From Okamejei kenojei (Eukaryota), in NCBI GenBank assembly GCA_035221665.1, contig CM069147.1:25854001-25918000 (forward strand): a DNA stretch of 64,000 bases, written 5' to 3'. A program made the position numbers and the translations under genes. Below, one piece after another: positions 1 to 11,415 of the stretch. The notes under the pieces were generated by a model that did not search any database, was not told where the DNA came from, and saw only the letters and a program-made list of their open reading frames with translations. Within the stretch, counting starts at the first letter, position 1. Each line of letters opens with the position of its first letter.

Positions 1-810
1 ATGGTGGATGAAGTTTAATATAGAAATGCATGAGCATTTTGGGAGGTCAACCCAAAGTAGAATCTACACAGTGAATGACAGGGCTCTGGGGAGTGCCGCA
101 GGGCAGAAAGATCTGGAAGTGCAGGTACATAGTCCATTGAAATTGGCGTCACAAGTAAATTGTATGGCCAAGAAGACTTTCAGCACATTGGCCAAGAAGG
201 CTTTCAACATTCTGACCACATCGGTCAGAATATTGAGTATAGATGTTGGGAGGTCAGGTTACGGTTGTGTAAGACATTGCTGTGGGCACATTTAGAGTGT
301 TTTCAAGTTTGGTCAGTCTGGTGCACGAAAGATGTTGTTGAGATGTAAAGGGTGCAGATAAGTTTTACGAGGATGTTGCCAGGTCTCCAGTTCTGAGCTA
401 TAGGGAGAAGTTGAGCAGGCTAGGATTTTGTTCCTTGGAGTGCAGGAGGACGACCGATGATCTTAAAGAGGTCTCCAAGATCAGCAGAGAAATAGATACG
501 GTACTTTTTCCCAGAGTAGCGGAATTGACAACCAGAGGACATATGTTTAAGGTGAAGGGGAACGTTTTAATAACCTAAGGAGCGATGTATTTACACAAAG
601 GGTAGTAGGTGTGGGGAACAAGCTGACAGGGGAGGTAGTGGCGGCAGGTACGGTCACAATGTTTAAGAAACATTTAGACAGGTACATGGGCAATATAGGT
701 TTAGATAGATAAAGACCAAACGTAGGCAAGTGAGTCTAGTGTAGATCGGGCATGTTGGTCGGCGTGGACTAGTTGCTCCAAAGGGCCTGTTTCCACGCGA
801 TATGACTAGA
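1..810 (+). mobile_element. CR1/HER1-type LINE 3' fragment
   Basis: MKFNIE..HFG, FTQRVVGVGNKL-type C-terminus, tail GGGCCTGTTTCC shared with the SINEs. Confidence 0.85.
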
Positions 811-835
811 TGACTGTCCATCACTCTAACAATAG

Positions 836-1215
836 GAGATGCAACACCTGTCTCCATAACACCCTTGCCTCCATCCAGGGACATGGACCGTCCTTCCAGT
901 GCGACTGAAGTTCATGTGCACCTCTTCCAACCTCATGTGCAACATCCGCTGTTCCAGACGAGGCCTCCTGTACATCCACTGAACTAAAGGTAGACTCTGC
1001 AAACATTTTGTCCCAGACGCTTGCGCTCGATCGTTAGGGCCTGTGGGAATTTCCAGTTGCTAACTATTTTAACTGCCCTTCCCATTCCCATACTGACCTT
1101 TCTATCCTGGGCCTCCTCCATTCCCAGAGTGAGGCCACACGTAAACTGAATTGAACAGCTCTCTTATTCCTTATAACACAATAGCAATAAACTTTGAATT
1201 CTCCAATTTTAGCTA
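836..1215 (+). mobile_element. Degenerate Penelope GIY-YIG fragment
   Basis: Visible similarity to 22810-23200. Confidence 0.7.
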
Positions 1216-1489
1216 ACCTCAAACGACCCCGCCCCGTCTCCTTTCACCCCGTAAACCCCTTCTCACCCCCACCTCACCCCTGATCCCTGGCTGAACTTGC
1301 ATCGACCCCTCTCCTCCCATCACTCTCTAGCTACTTTCTTACACAATTCGCTACTCATCAATTCCCTTGCTTCACATTTCACAACTCTCTAATAATTTTC
1401 TCCCCCCCCCCCCCCCCCCCCCACCCCCCCCCCCTCCTCCCTCCTCTGATCACCTCGGACCTGCCATACTTTCTCCTGCCACTCCACGT

Positions 1490-2455
1490 AAGCGACAGTG
1501 AAGCATCATTCCCAGACGAGCTCAATACGTTTTATGCACACTTTATTTGGGAATACACTGATGCAGCTTTCCGAGCCCCCGTAAGCCCAATGGTATCACA
1601 ATCTCCGTCACACAGGCTGACGTCAGAAGATTCTTCAGGAGGGTGAACTCTCAGAAAGCATCTGGACCTGATAGGATACCTGGTCATGTTCTTGCAACCT
1701 TTAACTGGCTGAAAATGTTGTGCACATCATCAACCTTTGACCTACTTTAAAACGGCATCACAAATAGTGGTGCCCAAGAAAAGCAAGATGACATGCCTCA
1801 ACGAGTACCGACCAGTGACAATTAACATCTGTAATGAGGAAGTTATTTGAGAGATTGATTATGACGTATATCAACTACTTCAACAAGAACCTGAACACGC
1901 TACCACTTGCCTTCCACCACAACAGGTCAACAGAGGATACAATCTTCCTGGCTCTCTACTCTGCAATGGACCACTTGGACAATAAAAAACACACACGTCA
2001 GGCAGTTGTGCATACACTGCAGCTTGGTGTTCAACACGAAAATGCCCTCCATAATGGATACCAATCTCACGGAACTGGGTCCATGTGCATCCCCCTAAAA
2101 ATGGATCCTTGACTTCCTCATTATGGCAGCAACACTTCCTCCTAAAAAACCATCAGCACAGGAACACCTCAAGGCCGCGTTCTTAGGCCGCTGCTCTTCT
2201 CGCTCTATAATCATGAATGTGTAGTCCGACACAGTTCCAACTCGATTTGCAAGTACGCCACACCATCGTTGGTGGACGAATTACCAAAGACGAGTCAGAG
2301 AATAGAAGGGAGATCGCCCGACTCTCCAAATGGTGCCAGAACAACAACCTCGCCCTCAACATCAGTAAACCAATGAATGATTGTTCACTTTGGACGATGA
2401 AGGTTGAGGTTCCACAAACATATCTCCATCGACGTTGGTGGAGAGAAATAAAGCT
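1490..2455 (+). mobile_element. Rex1/Babar-type LINE RT fragment, degenerate
   Basis: PDELNTFYAHF, LNEYRPV, NRSTEDTI, GTPQG, WCQNNNLALN. Confidence 0.8.
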
Positions 2456-2849
2456 CATCTCCAACCATGATAACATTCCCTGTTAATGGAACAAAACCGT
2501 ACACATGATCTTTAGTTATGAAATGAGTTATATAGAGAGTTATATTCAGTTACATAAAAATAATGCCATGATTTTACTTTCAAATGGGAGACTTGTTGAG
2601 CATATCGCAGATCCCTCATTGAAATTGCCTTCTCATTGTGGAGGCTGTTTCAGTCTTTTCTGATCCCAGAGGTATTTGGGTGATTTGAATATCAGACAAA
2701 TCACACCATTCTGTTCTTGTAGCTGTTTCCACATCACTTAAGTTTACCTAGGGAGCACTCTCCGCAGCCTCAGAGCGATTCCCAAATATGTAATTATATC
2801 TATTTCCCAATAGTTTGCTCCATGTGAAGAATTAAGTATACGTGTTAAG

Positions 2850-3117
2850 TGCGGCATGGTGGAGTGGCAGTAGAGTTTCTGCTTTACAGTACCAGAGGCC
2901 AGGGTTCGGTGTTTTTACGTTCTTCCTATGATCGCGTTGGTTTTGTCCGGGTGTACCGGTTTCATCCCGCACTCCAATAACCGCCAGGTTTGTAGATTAA
3001 TTGGTTTCGGTAAAATTGTAAATTGTCCCTAGTGTGTATGATACTACTAGTGCACACGGGTCGGCACGGACTCGACTGGTCTGTTCCGTGCTGAATCTCT
3101 AATCTAAACTAAACTAA
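2850..3117 (+). mobile_element. HE1-type tRNA-derived V-SINE
   Basis: Box A/B head, CCGGTTTCxTCCC V-domain, (CTAAA)n tail. Confidence 0.8.
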
Positions 3118-3294
3118 CCTATGCTGCACAGCATGCACTCGCTTCCCCTTTTCACTGGCCATATATGTCATGAACAAACATGTGGATGAGAGCGAATTCC
3201 AAACATTTTTTTGTGGATGAGCACATGTAAAATCTGGGGTTTTGGCTTGCTAATGGCCAGAATATAAATATATTCCGTTTCAAATTTATAAACT

Positions 3295-3720
3295 CGGTTT
3301 ATACTCTCTGGAATTTAGGAGATTGAGAGGGGATCTTATAGAAACTTACAAAATTCTTAAGGGGTTGGACAGGCTAGATGCAGGAAGATTGTTCCCGATG
3401 TTGGGGAAGTCCAGTACAAGGGGTCACAGCTTAAGGATAAGGGGGAAATCCTTTAAGACCGAGATGAGAAAGACTTTTTTCACACAGAGAGTGGTGAGTC
3501 TCTGGAACTCTCTGCCACAGAGGGTAGTTGAGGCCAGTTCAATGGCTATATTTAAGAGTGAGTTGGATGTGGCCCTTGTGGCTAAGGGGATCAGAGGGTA
3601 TGGAGAGAAGGCAGGTACGGGATACTGAGTTGGATGATCAGCCATGATCATATTGAATGGCGGTGCAGGCTCGAAGGGCTGAATGGCTTACTCCTGCACC
3701 TAATTTCTATGTTTCTATGT
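3295..3720 (+). mobile_element. Young CR1 3' end
   Basis: RGDLIETYKILKG...FFTQRVVSLWNSLP; (TTTCTATG)n tail. Confidence 0.92.
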
Positions 3721-4499
3721 TAAATGAAAACGTGCAGACTTGCTGAAAGGTGGGCAAATTTTATTTGTAAAAGAGATGAAGAACGGATGCTTCACTACCA
3801 TCGCAAACAAGTGTTTTTTTCTGACCTAAACCATCACTGTAATGTGGTTACTGCTGCATTGTAAGTTATCGCTTAATCCTTACTCGCGTATCGATGCGTG
3901 CAAAGAAGCAGTTTCTCGCCTATCTTCAATATCACGCATTGGGTGATTACAACGTAATGGAAACACAATATGCGGTTTCTAATTGTAGCTGTTACAACAT
4001 AAATCGTATGCTCGATTTTATAGGTCAATAGCATTGGCGCATTTGAAATGTATTCGCTCAGCCCACGGTGAAAATTGTAATTGCAAAATCCGTAATGATG
4101 TACATGAACATTTGAATCTGTTTAATGGGTGCGTTAGGTTTGTCCGAGGGAGTATGAACACTGAAGAAGTTGCTGTTATTATTTGAATACGAGATATAAC
4201 TCAGCAACGCGTTTCTTAAACTTTCCAAATATGCAATGGCGTTTTGTTTTATCAGGTGTAAACCCAGAAACATGCGATAGCAAAAGTGGTCCACAAGAAA
4301 CTGAAGATCCTGGTCCCAACCCGAAACGTCCATCATTTTCCTTCCACCGGTGTTGCCTGAAATGCCGTCCGCCAGAAGTGTGTCTCCCTTTTTTCGTGCA
4401 GCAAAATTGATGTCTGTTTTTGTTTTATATATGTTTAACAAAATATGTGTGTCCGTCCAAGATCACTACTGTCATCCCTATTATCCATTGAGCTTGAAA

Positions 4500-5135
4500 T
4501 GACGGTAAATTTTCCTTTAGATATCGCTTTTCCTTGCATATCCATGTGCCCAACTAAAGGTTTCTTAAACACTATTATTACACTTTATCTGGCTTCACCA
4601 CCACAACATCAGCGTTCCAGCTACCCACCGCCCACTCTGTAAAACAATTGCCCGAAAACATTTCCAATAAACTTTGCTCTTCTCACATAAACCCCTCTCG
4701 CCTGACATTTCCAACCCTTGAAATAGGTCCTCACTGTCTGCCCTATTTTTGCCTCTCATAATTTCATATACTTCTATTATATCTCCCCTCAACCTTTGAC
4801 ATTTCAGAGAAAACAATCCAAGTTTGCCCAACCTCTCCCTATAGCTAATTCCCTCTAACCCGGCAACATTCAGATAAAATAGACAAAGTGCTGGAGTAAC
4901 TCAGCTGGTCTGTCAGCTTCTTTTCTTTAGACTGAGTTCTGACCCGAGATGTCACCCATCCTTTCTCTCCAGAGATGTTGCCTGACCCGTTGAGTTACTC
5001 CAGCACGTTTTGTCTATTTTAGGTTTAAATCAGCATGTGCAGTTTATTTCTAAGCATTAAGGTAGACCTCTTCTGTACCTTTTCCAATGCGTCCACATCC
5101 TTCCTGTAATGGGGTGACCATAGCTGCACACGTTA
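4500..5135 (-). mobile_element. CR1 fragment
   Basis: LGLFSL..RLRGDIIEVYEIM. Confidence 0.75.
4878..5050. mobile_element. Old palindromic Penelope-tail element
   Basis: GCTGGAGTAACTCAG ... TTGAGTTACTCCAGC inverted arms. Confidence 0.6.
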
Positions 5136-5270
5136 TATCAAAACTCCATTCCTCTCTGAGAATCTATTCTTTATTTGTGCGACATTTTCTATTAGTAATG
5201 ACATACTTTCGCTCTGTGTTGACCAGTTAAGGGGCAGTAGTGACTCCTCATCCGATAGGGTCTTTGGTTT

Positions 5271-5528
5271 GATTAGAGGTAAAGCGCGGAAACATGGTCT
5301 TCACCCACCGAGTCCGCAGCGATTCCGCACACTAACACGAACACACCAGGGACAATTTACAATTATACCAAGCCAATTAACCTACAAACTACAAACCTGG
5401 GAGGAAACCGGGGATCCCTGAGAAAACCCATACACAGGGAGAACGTACAACCTCAGTACAGACAGCACCCGTAGTCAGGATCGAACCCGGGTCCCTGGCG
5501 CTGTAACTGCTGCGCCAGCGTCCCGCCC
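5271..5528 (-). mobile_element. HE1-type V-SINE
   Basis: Reverse complement of the SINE pattern; box B GGTTCGATCC. Confidence 0.85.
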
Positions 5529-5609
5529 TATTAATGTCAACCTCATAGATCAGTAGAACACTGAGTGAAATACGAACAGATCGATTTTACGTGACGGAAA
5601 ACCACAAAT

Positions 5610-5935
5610 CACAGTCATACAGGAAGAAAGCAAACCTTTCGGCCAAACTAATCCATGCGGACCAATATGTCCCATCTACGCTAGTCTCACCTGCCCGCGT
5701 TTGTCCTTTATCCCTCCAAACCATCCACATGTAAAAGTGTATTTTAAATGCATATAGTATCTGCCTCACTTACCCCTCAGATCACCATACACAATCCTTC
5801 CTCGAACATTAAGCCAGGTTATTAAACCCCAACCGTTTCAACAAAAGAAATATATTCGGTAATTAACTTATCGATGTCTATCATCACCTTACATGCTTCT
5901 ATCAGGTCAACACTCTGGGAAAGCAAGCCAATACA
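5610..5935 (-). mobile_element. Degenerate CR1 3' end
   Basis: Reverse-complement similarity to 600-810. Confidence 0.65.
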
Positions 5936-5955
5936 ATTACCCCCTTCAACCTCAA

Positions 5956-6192
5956 CGGGCGGCATAGTGCCGGAGCGGGTATAGTTGCTGTCTCACAGCG
6001 CGAGAGATCCCAGTTCGACTACCTCCCATATTCCAAAGTCTCGGGGGTCTGCACATTTATTGCCCACTGTAAAAAAAAGCCTCGTATGTAGGGAGTGCTT
6101 GCGTTTTGGGATTGCATAGAACGAGTGTGGACTGCTGAACTATGGTCGGCGTGGACTCGGTGGGCCAAATGGGCCTGTAAAACTAAAACTAA
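5956..6192 (+). mobile_element. Degenerate HE1-type V-SINE
   Basis: GGGCGGCA head, AAACTAAA tail. Confidence 0.6.
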
Positions 6193-6759
6193 ATCTGTGT
6201 GCAGACATTATTCCAGTGACCTTTCCAGGATCAATCAATTTCAGTCTTCAGTGGTTACTCCCATAACACCAGGACTGTGAATGTTACCAGGAAAATGCAC
6301 ACTATTCAGTTCCAAATGAAGATCCACGGAGTGGGAACCAACATTTGCCTTAAACAGCAAATCTTGGAGAAAGCGGCAGATCTTTAAAGAATATTTGTTG
6401 TCTGCTGAGAGGGAGTAGCAGGGGAGCCGAGGGAGAATAAAGTGAACAAGACAAAAACAAATCCTCATCAGTGCTCTATCGAGAGTTTTTGCCGCCGAAA
6501 CAGCTGCCGGGGCACCTTGCATTAGCGATTCCAAGGCAGAGGAGTCGATAACTGAACTCCTCCCATTCTGAATCAATAATGTGTAGAGATGTAAGAAATC
6601 AGAAAATAATGATCAAGAGCATTTTATGGCTATCTTCACCTTGAAGAATGTCGTTTCTTATTTTCCCCTCTCGCTTGTGCCGTCTACCACAAGACCAGTC
6701 CTCCGTCACCTTTGCTATGCCTCCCCTTATATTCCTTCAGCGTGAAACATTCAGAGAGT

Positions 6760-6860
6760 GTCCTGATGGTGAGTCATCGACAAGCATCACACCCTTCGCG
6801 CCCAATCAGGAGGTTGGTTTATATTCAACTGACATTTCCTGCTAAGATAAGTCACTTGGG
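6760..6860 (+). promoter_or_regulatory. Candidate proximal promoter of the VJ-C1 receptor
   Basis: AP-1 site TGAGTCA (~6770), CCAATCA (~6802), ETS-like TTCCTG and AGATAA clustered 280-370 bp before the ATG; motif inspection only. Confidence 0.3.
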
Positions 6861-7027
6861 CACAAATCCATTTTCCTCTGCAACTCACCTCCTTCAGTGG
6901 TTTAACTGCAGCAAGTTGGACGCGCAACACGAGAGCACGTCGTATCACAAACAAGACCTAACCTTTAGGAAACTGCGATCTCCAACGAAACAACGTAGGT
7001 TTCTGGATAGACCAGATTATGTTCTAC

Positions 7028-7125
7028 GCCTGAAGAAGGGTCTCGATCCGAAACGTCGCCTATCTCCTTCGCTGCTTAGATGCTGATGCACCCGCTGAGT
7101 TTCTCCAGCCTTTTGTGCACCCTTC
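7028..7125 (+). mobile_element. Penelope-tail mini-element with hammerhead core (7030-7057), inserted directly before the receptor ATG
   Basis: CTGAAGAAGGGTCTCGATCCGAAACGTC...CTGAGTTTCTCCAGC; TSD TGTTCTAC at 7020-7027 and 7126-7133. Confidence 0.88.
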
Positions 7126-7134
7126 TGTTCTACA

Positions 7135-7180
7135 ATGTTAATCTATTTGTACCTTTGCGCGCTGTGGGTTTTTTATGAAG
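7135..7180 (+). CDS. VJ-C1 receptor exon 1: leader peptide MLIYLYLCALWVFYE
   Basis: ATG at 7135, 15 hydrophobic codons +1 nt, donor GAAG|GTAATC; phase matches the V exon acceptor. Confidence 0.85.
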
Positions 7181-10153
7181 GTAATCTTCCTCATTCTTCA
7201 GCGTCGCGCTGTCCTGTAGATCACCCATGTATCTACATACGATTAAACTATTTATTGTGTCTAAATTATATTTCATCGCAATATTTGTTTCTGTTTGGCA
7301 GTGGCTCCATCGACAATATCCCAGATCCCTAAAGCTAGCACGGTGATGATGGGAACAGATATCACCTTCGAATGCGTTACCAGTGAGATTCCGAACAAAG
7401 CAAGTCTGACTGTAAATTGGTGGAAACTTGGTGATGAAGGACTATTACAACCAAGTTCCCATGGCAGAAAACGGGTTATACAGTTGGAAAACGATAGGAG
7501 TTTGCTCAAAATCCTTGATGTCCGTGTCGCCGATTCTGGGATATACTACTGTAGTGTAGTTCAGCAACAAAAGGAGATTGTGAAAGGAACCGGATCCAGG
7601 CTTCGGGTGCATGGTGAGAGGACTGCAGTGCGGTTATGTCAAAGGGGCAGAATTAGTTAATTCCGCCCATCGAATGTACTCCGTTTCGGGGTTCCTGTTG
7701 AGCAACAGCTACTCCATAAAAAGTCAATGGGCCAGGTCAAGCTATCTTTAAATAATGCCAATAATAATGTCAACAGTAGTCTCTCTGTACTACATACAAC
7801 ATTTGAATAAGGAAAATGTTGCTATTTCTACAAGTATATTTGTAACGTCTGTCTGCCGTTGGTTGCTTAGATCATTCAGTTAGTGAACGGTAGATGATTA
7901 GAACGCCTGGATATATATTTGTTGGTATATATATAAGTGTGCGATTCATGTAGCACAAGAGGAATCTGAAGGCCAACGCGTGGAGTTCGGTAGCAATATG
8001 CGTTGTGATAATCTGGCAAATAAAGTATCCCATAAATCTATGGGAAGATTGCTTGTATTCCTCAAGGGCAAAGGTGAAAGGGTAATGGCTCAACGAAGCA
8101 AACCCCTGGGCAGGATACAACAGCATGTAAGCAGTCTTGGCCATCACACCAGTGCCAGAATAAATAGGTCTTAGAGGAAATGATAGGCACATTTGTCGGA
8201 AAGACATCTGGATTCCGAAGCTTATATCGAGGAGACATCGCTGAAACTTGGAATTTAGAAGATAGGAACATCACTTACTGAGAATTGTTTAATGCTACAT
8301 CGAATAGTAATTCGTAGAATAATACTAACTACCAGCGAACAGAAAAGCGGAATGAGTCGCTGTTGAAGTGCTATTCTCTGTGCAGACTTAATCAGGCTAA
8401 TAACCCGGTCGACTTGGTTTGATTTGAACAATGTAACATTAAAATCATCCAAATTATAGGCGAATTGTAGCTTGTTGATTAAAAAAAATGTTGCTTACAA
8501 ATAACCGTTGGATTTGCTGGGGAGCCCGTCAGCATTCATCTGTCCAGTCTAATTGGAAGGACTAGATTCTAAACTGGGCTGAAATGATAATTCAGATAAT
8601 CATTTTATTCTTTCTCGCACCCCACAGCTTCTCCAGAACCTGTCAGCCTTTTCCCCAAAGCGCCGGAAACAAACTCGTCCAATCTCGTCCTTGTGTGCAA
8701 GACAGGAGAGTTTTACCCGGAGTCTCTCACCTTCACTTGGTATAAAAATGACACCAACGTTGAGACTGGTATCAGCGCAAGTAAAATCCTGAACTCAAAC
8801 GGAACTTATGCAGCGTCCAGCAGCTTGGAAACATTGCAGCCGCCTGGGAGTGGCGCTTTTTATACCTGTCTGGTAACCCACCTCACACTTCAGAGTCCAG
8901 CTATGGCTATTTACGTTGATGCCAGTTTTAATCCGGGTAAGATGCTGGCGATGTTTCATGTGCTGACAATAGAGGCCGCAATAAACAGATTCATATTATT
9001 TTCATTCCTATTGCTATGGGCATGTGAATTTTGTAGAATATCCACCAAAGATAGTCGTTCTGCACCTGTTTCCAAAAAGAAGATAAATGCCAATAAAAGC
9101 AATGACAAATATGAATTACGTAAAAAGGTCATCATCAATTCTATGATGCCGCACAGTGTGTTGTTGGTAGAGCTTCTGCCTCCCATTTACAATCTGAAGA
9201 AAGGTCTTGACCCGAAGCGAACCCATTCCTTCTCTCCAGAGATGTCGCCTGCCCCGCTGAGTTACTCCAGCATGTTTGTGCCTCCCAGCTACAGTAGCCC
9301 GGGTTGAGTCGGCATGACCAAATTAATCCACTGTGGAATTTGCGTTTTCCCTATAAATGCACGGGTTTGTTCTTAGAACTCCCGTGCCCTCCGTGTCCCA
9401 AAGATGTGCCCGTTGGACGGTTAATTTCTCTGCAAATGTCTCCTGGTCTATAGGTTTGTATTGTAACCGGAAACAGGGGGAGTTAACGACAACATGGAGA
9501 GAGCAAACTGGGTCTGGTGGGAATGGGTGCATGGTGACGGATCCGGACAAGATGAGCCGTAGGGTCAATTTCTGAACTGATTCACTCTATTAACTAGTTG
9601 GCCTGAAAAAGAGAGAGGCAAATACATTTCAATCAATTTCTTCCTTCAATGAACTGACTACGGATTTTGGTCAGATCTTAAATTTTTTGTTATTTATTGA
9701 GAGATATGGTCAGAAATTTGTTTATATATTTTGTAAATCAAAAACTTCATTACCGTTGTTGACTCAAAGAAATTATAAAGATAATTGCTTGTTCCCATAA
9801 TGAGCTCGAGCTGTATAGTTCCAGCGAAATAAATATGAATAAAGTGAAACAATATCCATACATGTAATATTTTAAATTGCGAAGGATAACAGTCTGCGTC
9901 CATGACTTTGTTGTGCATACGCGGAAAGTGCACAATACACCACAAAAAATAGGCTTATCAAATTTGCTGCATAATTTTGTGGTACAACATAAATGATAAT
10001 TATTCCAAAGATGATTAATGCTGATGATTATTCTCGTAGCCAAAGAAAATACACATCTGTTCCTCTTGGTTTTTGGATGTACATTGAGCGTATGCGTTTG
10101 CCTTGCCATCATAGTTCTCAGGTGGAGAAAATGTCAATTCCGTAAACAGGAAG
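7135..10153 (+). CDS. Non-rearranging VJ-C1 immunoglobulin-superfamily receptor (antigen-receptor/SIRP/NKp30-like type I membrane protein); exons 7135-7180, 7302-7613, 8628-8936, 10040-10153; cytoplasmic exon(s) unresolved
   Basis: Four GT-AG exons, all phase 1, join into an open 260-codon frame: signal peptide, V domain with J-like G-x-G strand, C1 domain, hydrophobic TM followed by a basic stop-transfer segment. Confidence 0.9.
7302..7613 (+). CDS. VJ-C1 receptor exon 2: V-set domain with germline-joined J-like segment
   Basis: Acceptor TTTGGCAG|; ITFEC...VNWWK...LLKILDVRVADSGIYYCSV...KGTGSRLRVH (canonical C, W, D-x-G-x-Y-Y-C and G-x-G-S-x-L-x-V); donor G|GTGAGA. Confidence 0.93.
8628..8936 (+). 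CDS. VJ-C1 receptor exon 3: C1-set Ig domain
   Basis: Acceptor CCCCACAG|; LVLVCKTGEFYPESLTFTWYKN...NSNGTY...FYTCLVTH (C-x4-FYP, W, NGTY, Y-x-C-x-V-x-H); donor G|GTAAGA. Confidence 0.93.
9190..9295 (+). mobile_element. Penelope-tail unit with decayed hammerhead core, in receptor intron 3
   Basis: CTGAAGAAAGGTCTTGACCCGAAGCG...CTGAGTTACTCCAGC. Confidence 0.65.
10040..10153 (+). CDS. VJ-C1 receptor exon 4: transmembrane and membrane-proximal tail
   Basis: Acceptor TTCTCGTAG|; AKENTHLFLLVFGCTLSVCVCLAIIVLRWRKCQFRKQE; donor G|GTAAGG; not listed in the ORF track. Confidence 0.85.
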
Positions 10154-10211
10154 GTAAGGAAGATTCAGTGTAATTTCCTTCGGGTTCATTTAAAGAATAG
10201 AGGGAAATAGC

Positions 10212-10490
10212 GGGCGGCACGGAGGCACAGCTTTAGAGTTGCTGCTGTACAGTGCCAGAGACCCGGGTACGATCTTGACTACGGGTTTTGTCTGTACGGA
10301 GTTTGTACATTCTCCTCGTGACGTGCGTGCATTTACTCCGGGATCTCCGGTTTCCTCCCACACTCCAAAGACGTACAGGTCTGTAGGCTAATCGGCTTAG
10401 TATAATCATAATTTGTCCCTGGTGTGTGTAGGATAGTGTTAGTGTGCAGGAATCTGTTTCTGCACTGTATTTCTAATTTAAATTAAACTA
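10212..10490 (+). mobile_element. HE1-type V-SINE
   Basis: GGGCGGCACGG head, CTCCGGTTTCCTCCCACACTCCAAAGAC core. Confidence 0.88.
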
Positions 10491-10859
10491 AGTTAGTGAA
10501 AAACGAAGGCCAACGTTATATCCGTCATAATGACTCAATTAACCGATTAGTGGATACCCACGTATACAGTATTTAATATTGTTTTGTTGATTACAATTGT
10601 TAAACTAAGTCGGGGTAAATTCAACTTTTACAGATGTCATGTTTCTTTTATTTTAAACCCACGACTCCCAAGGGGTTACGGTAGTAGATATTTCGCAGTA
10701 TATGTTCACAATCGTATTATGGCGATAACGTAGTTTAAGAACGCTCTTCAAATGCCTTCCCTCCATGGATTTTACGTCACAACTGCTTCCGAGGACAGTT
10801 GGCTGCAACTGTTGTCCTCTTTCTACTGAACTCTTGCACATTGGATTGGAAGATTGGAT

Positions 10860-11275
10860 TGGATACATATAAATGACCTGGATATAAATGCAGATTGGGT
10901 TGTTGAGTAGGTTTATTGACGACACCAACACTGAAGGAAATGCTGACAGTGAGAAAAGCAGTCAGATGATAGAGCAGGATATGGGCCAGTTACAAAAATG
11001 GGCGAAGAAATGACAGATGGGGAATAACCAGTGCAAAAATAAAATGTTGTACTTCGGGGGTTGAATGTAAGAGGGAAGGATATAGTTTATGATGTGCAGA
11101 GGTATCTTAGAGTCCAGCTTCATTGCTCACTGAACGTAGCAACACAAGTAGATAGGGTGGTAAATAAGGCGAATAGTATGCTTACCTTCAGTATTAGCGG
11201 CGTTTAATATAAGAGTCAATAGTCATTATGCAGCTACATAGGACTTTGGTGATGCCGTATTTTAGTATCACATGT
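10860..11275 (+). mobile_element. Degenerate CR1 RT fragment
   Basis: YINDLD...FIDDT..QLQKWAKKWQM pattern. Confidence 0.7.
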
Positions 11276-11362
11276 TGATGGGAAATGTTCGTAGTTACGA
11301 GTTCAAATATGGGCCCGTGTTTCGATTTCTGCTATAATTTCATGTCTTCTTCTCAACTTCAG

Positions 11363-11415
11363 GTAGCACTCAACTGCTTGAAAAGCCAAATTATATCTGG
11401 GGAGTGGGCTTTTAA
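11363..11415 (+). CDS. Candidate cytoplasmic/terminal exon of the VJ-C1 receptor (GSTQLLEKPNYIWGVGF*)
   Basis: Good pyrimidine tract TCTTCTTCTCAACTTCAG|, open in phase 1; the 3' part runs into CR1-like sequence; an alternative candidate is 12925-12968. Confidence 0.35.

Noticed and set aside
9152-9158. CACAGTG heptamer as a recombination signal for the Ig-like gene
   Set aside because: Lies in intron 3 in a decayed SINE-like head, not flanking V or J, and no spaced nonamer is seen
8937-9307. Extension of ORF 8693-9307 with a hydrophobic stretch as the TM
   Set aside because: Read-through past a strong donor into intron and repeat sequence; a proper TM exon exists at 10040-10153
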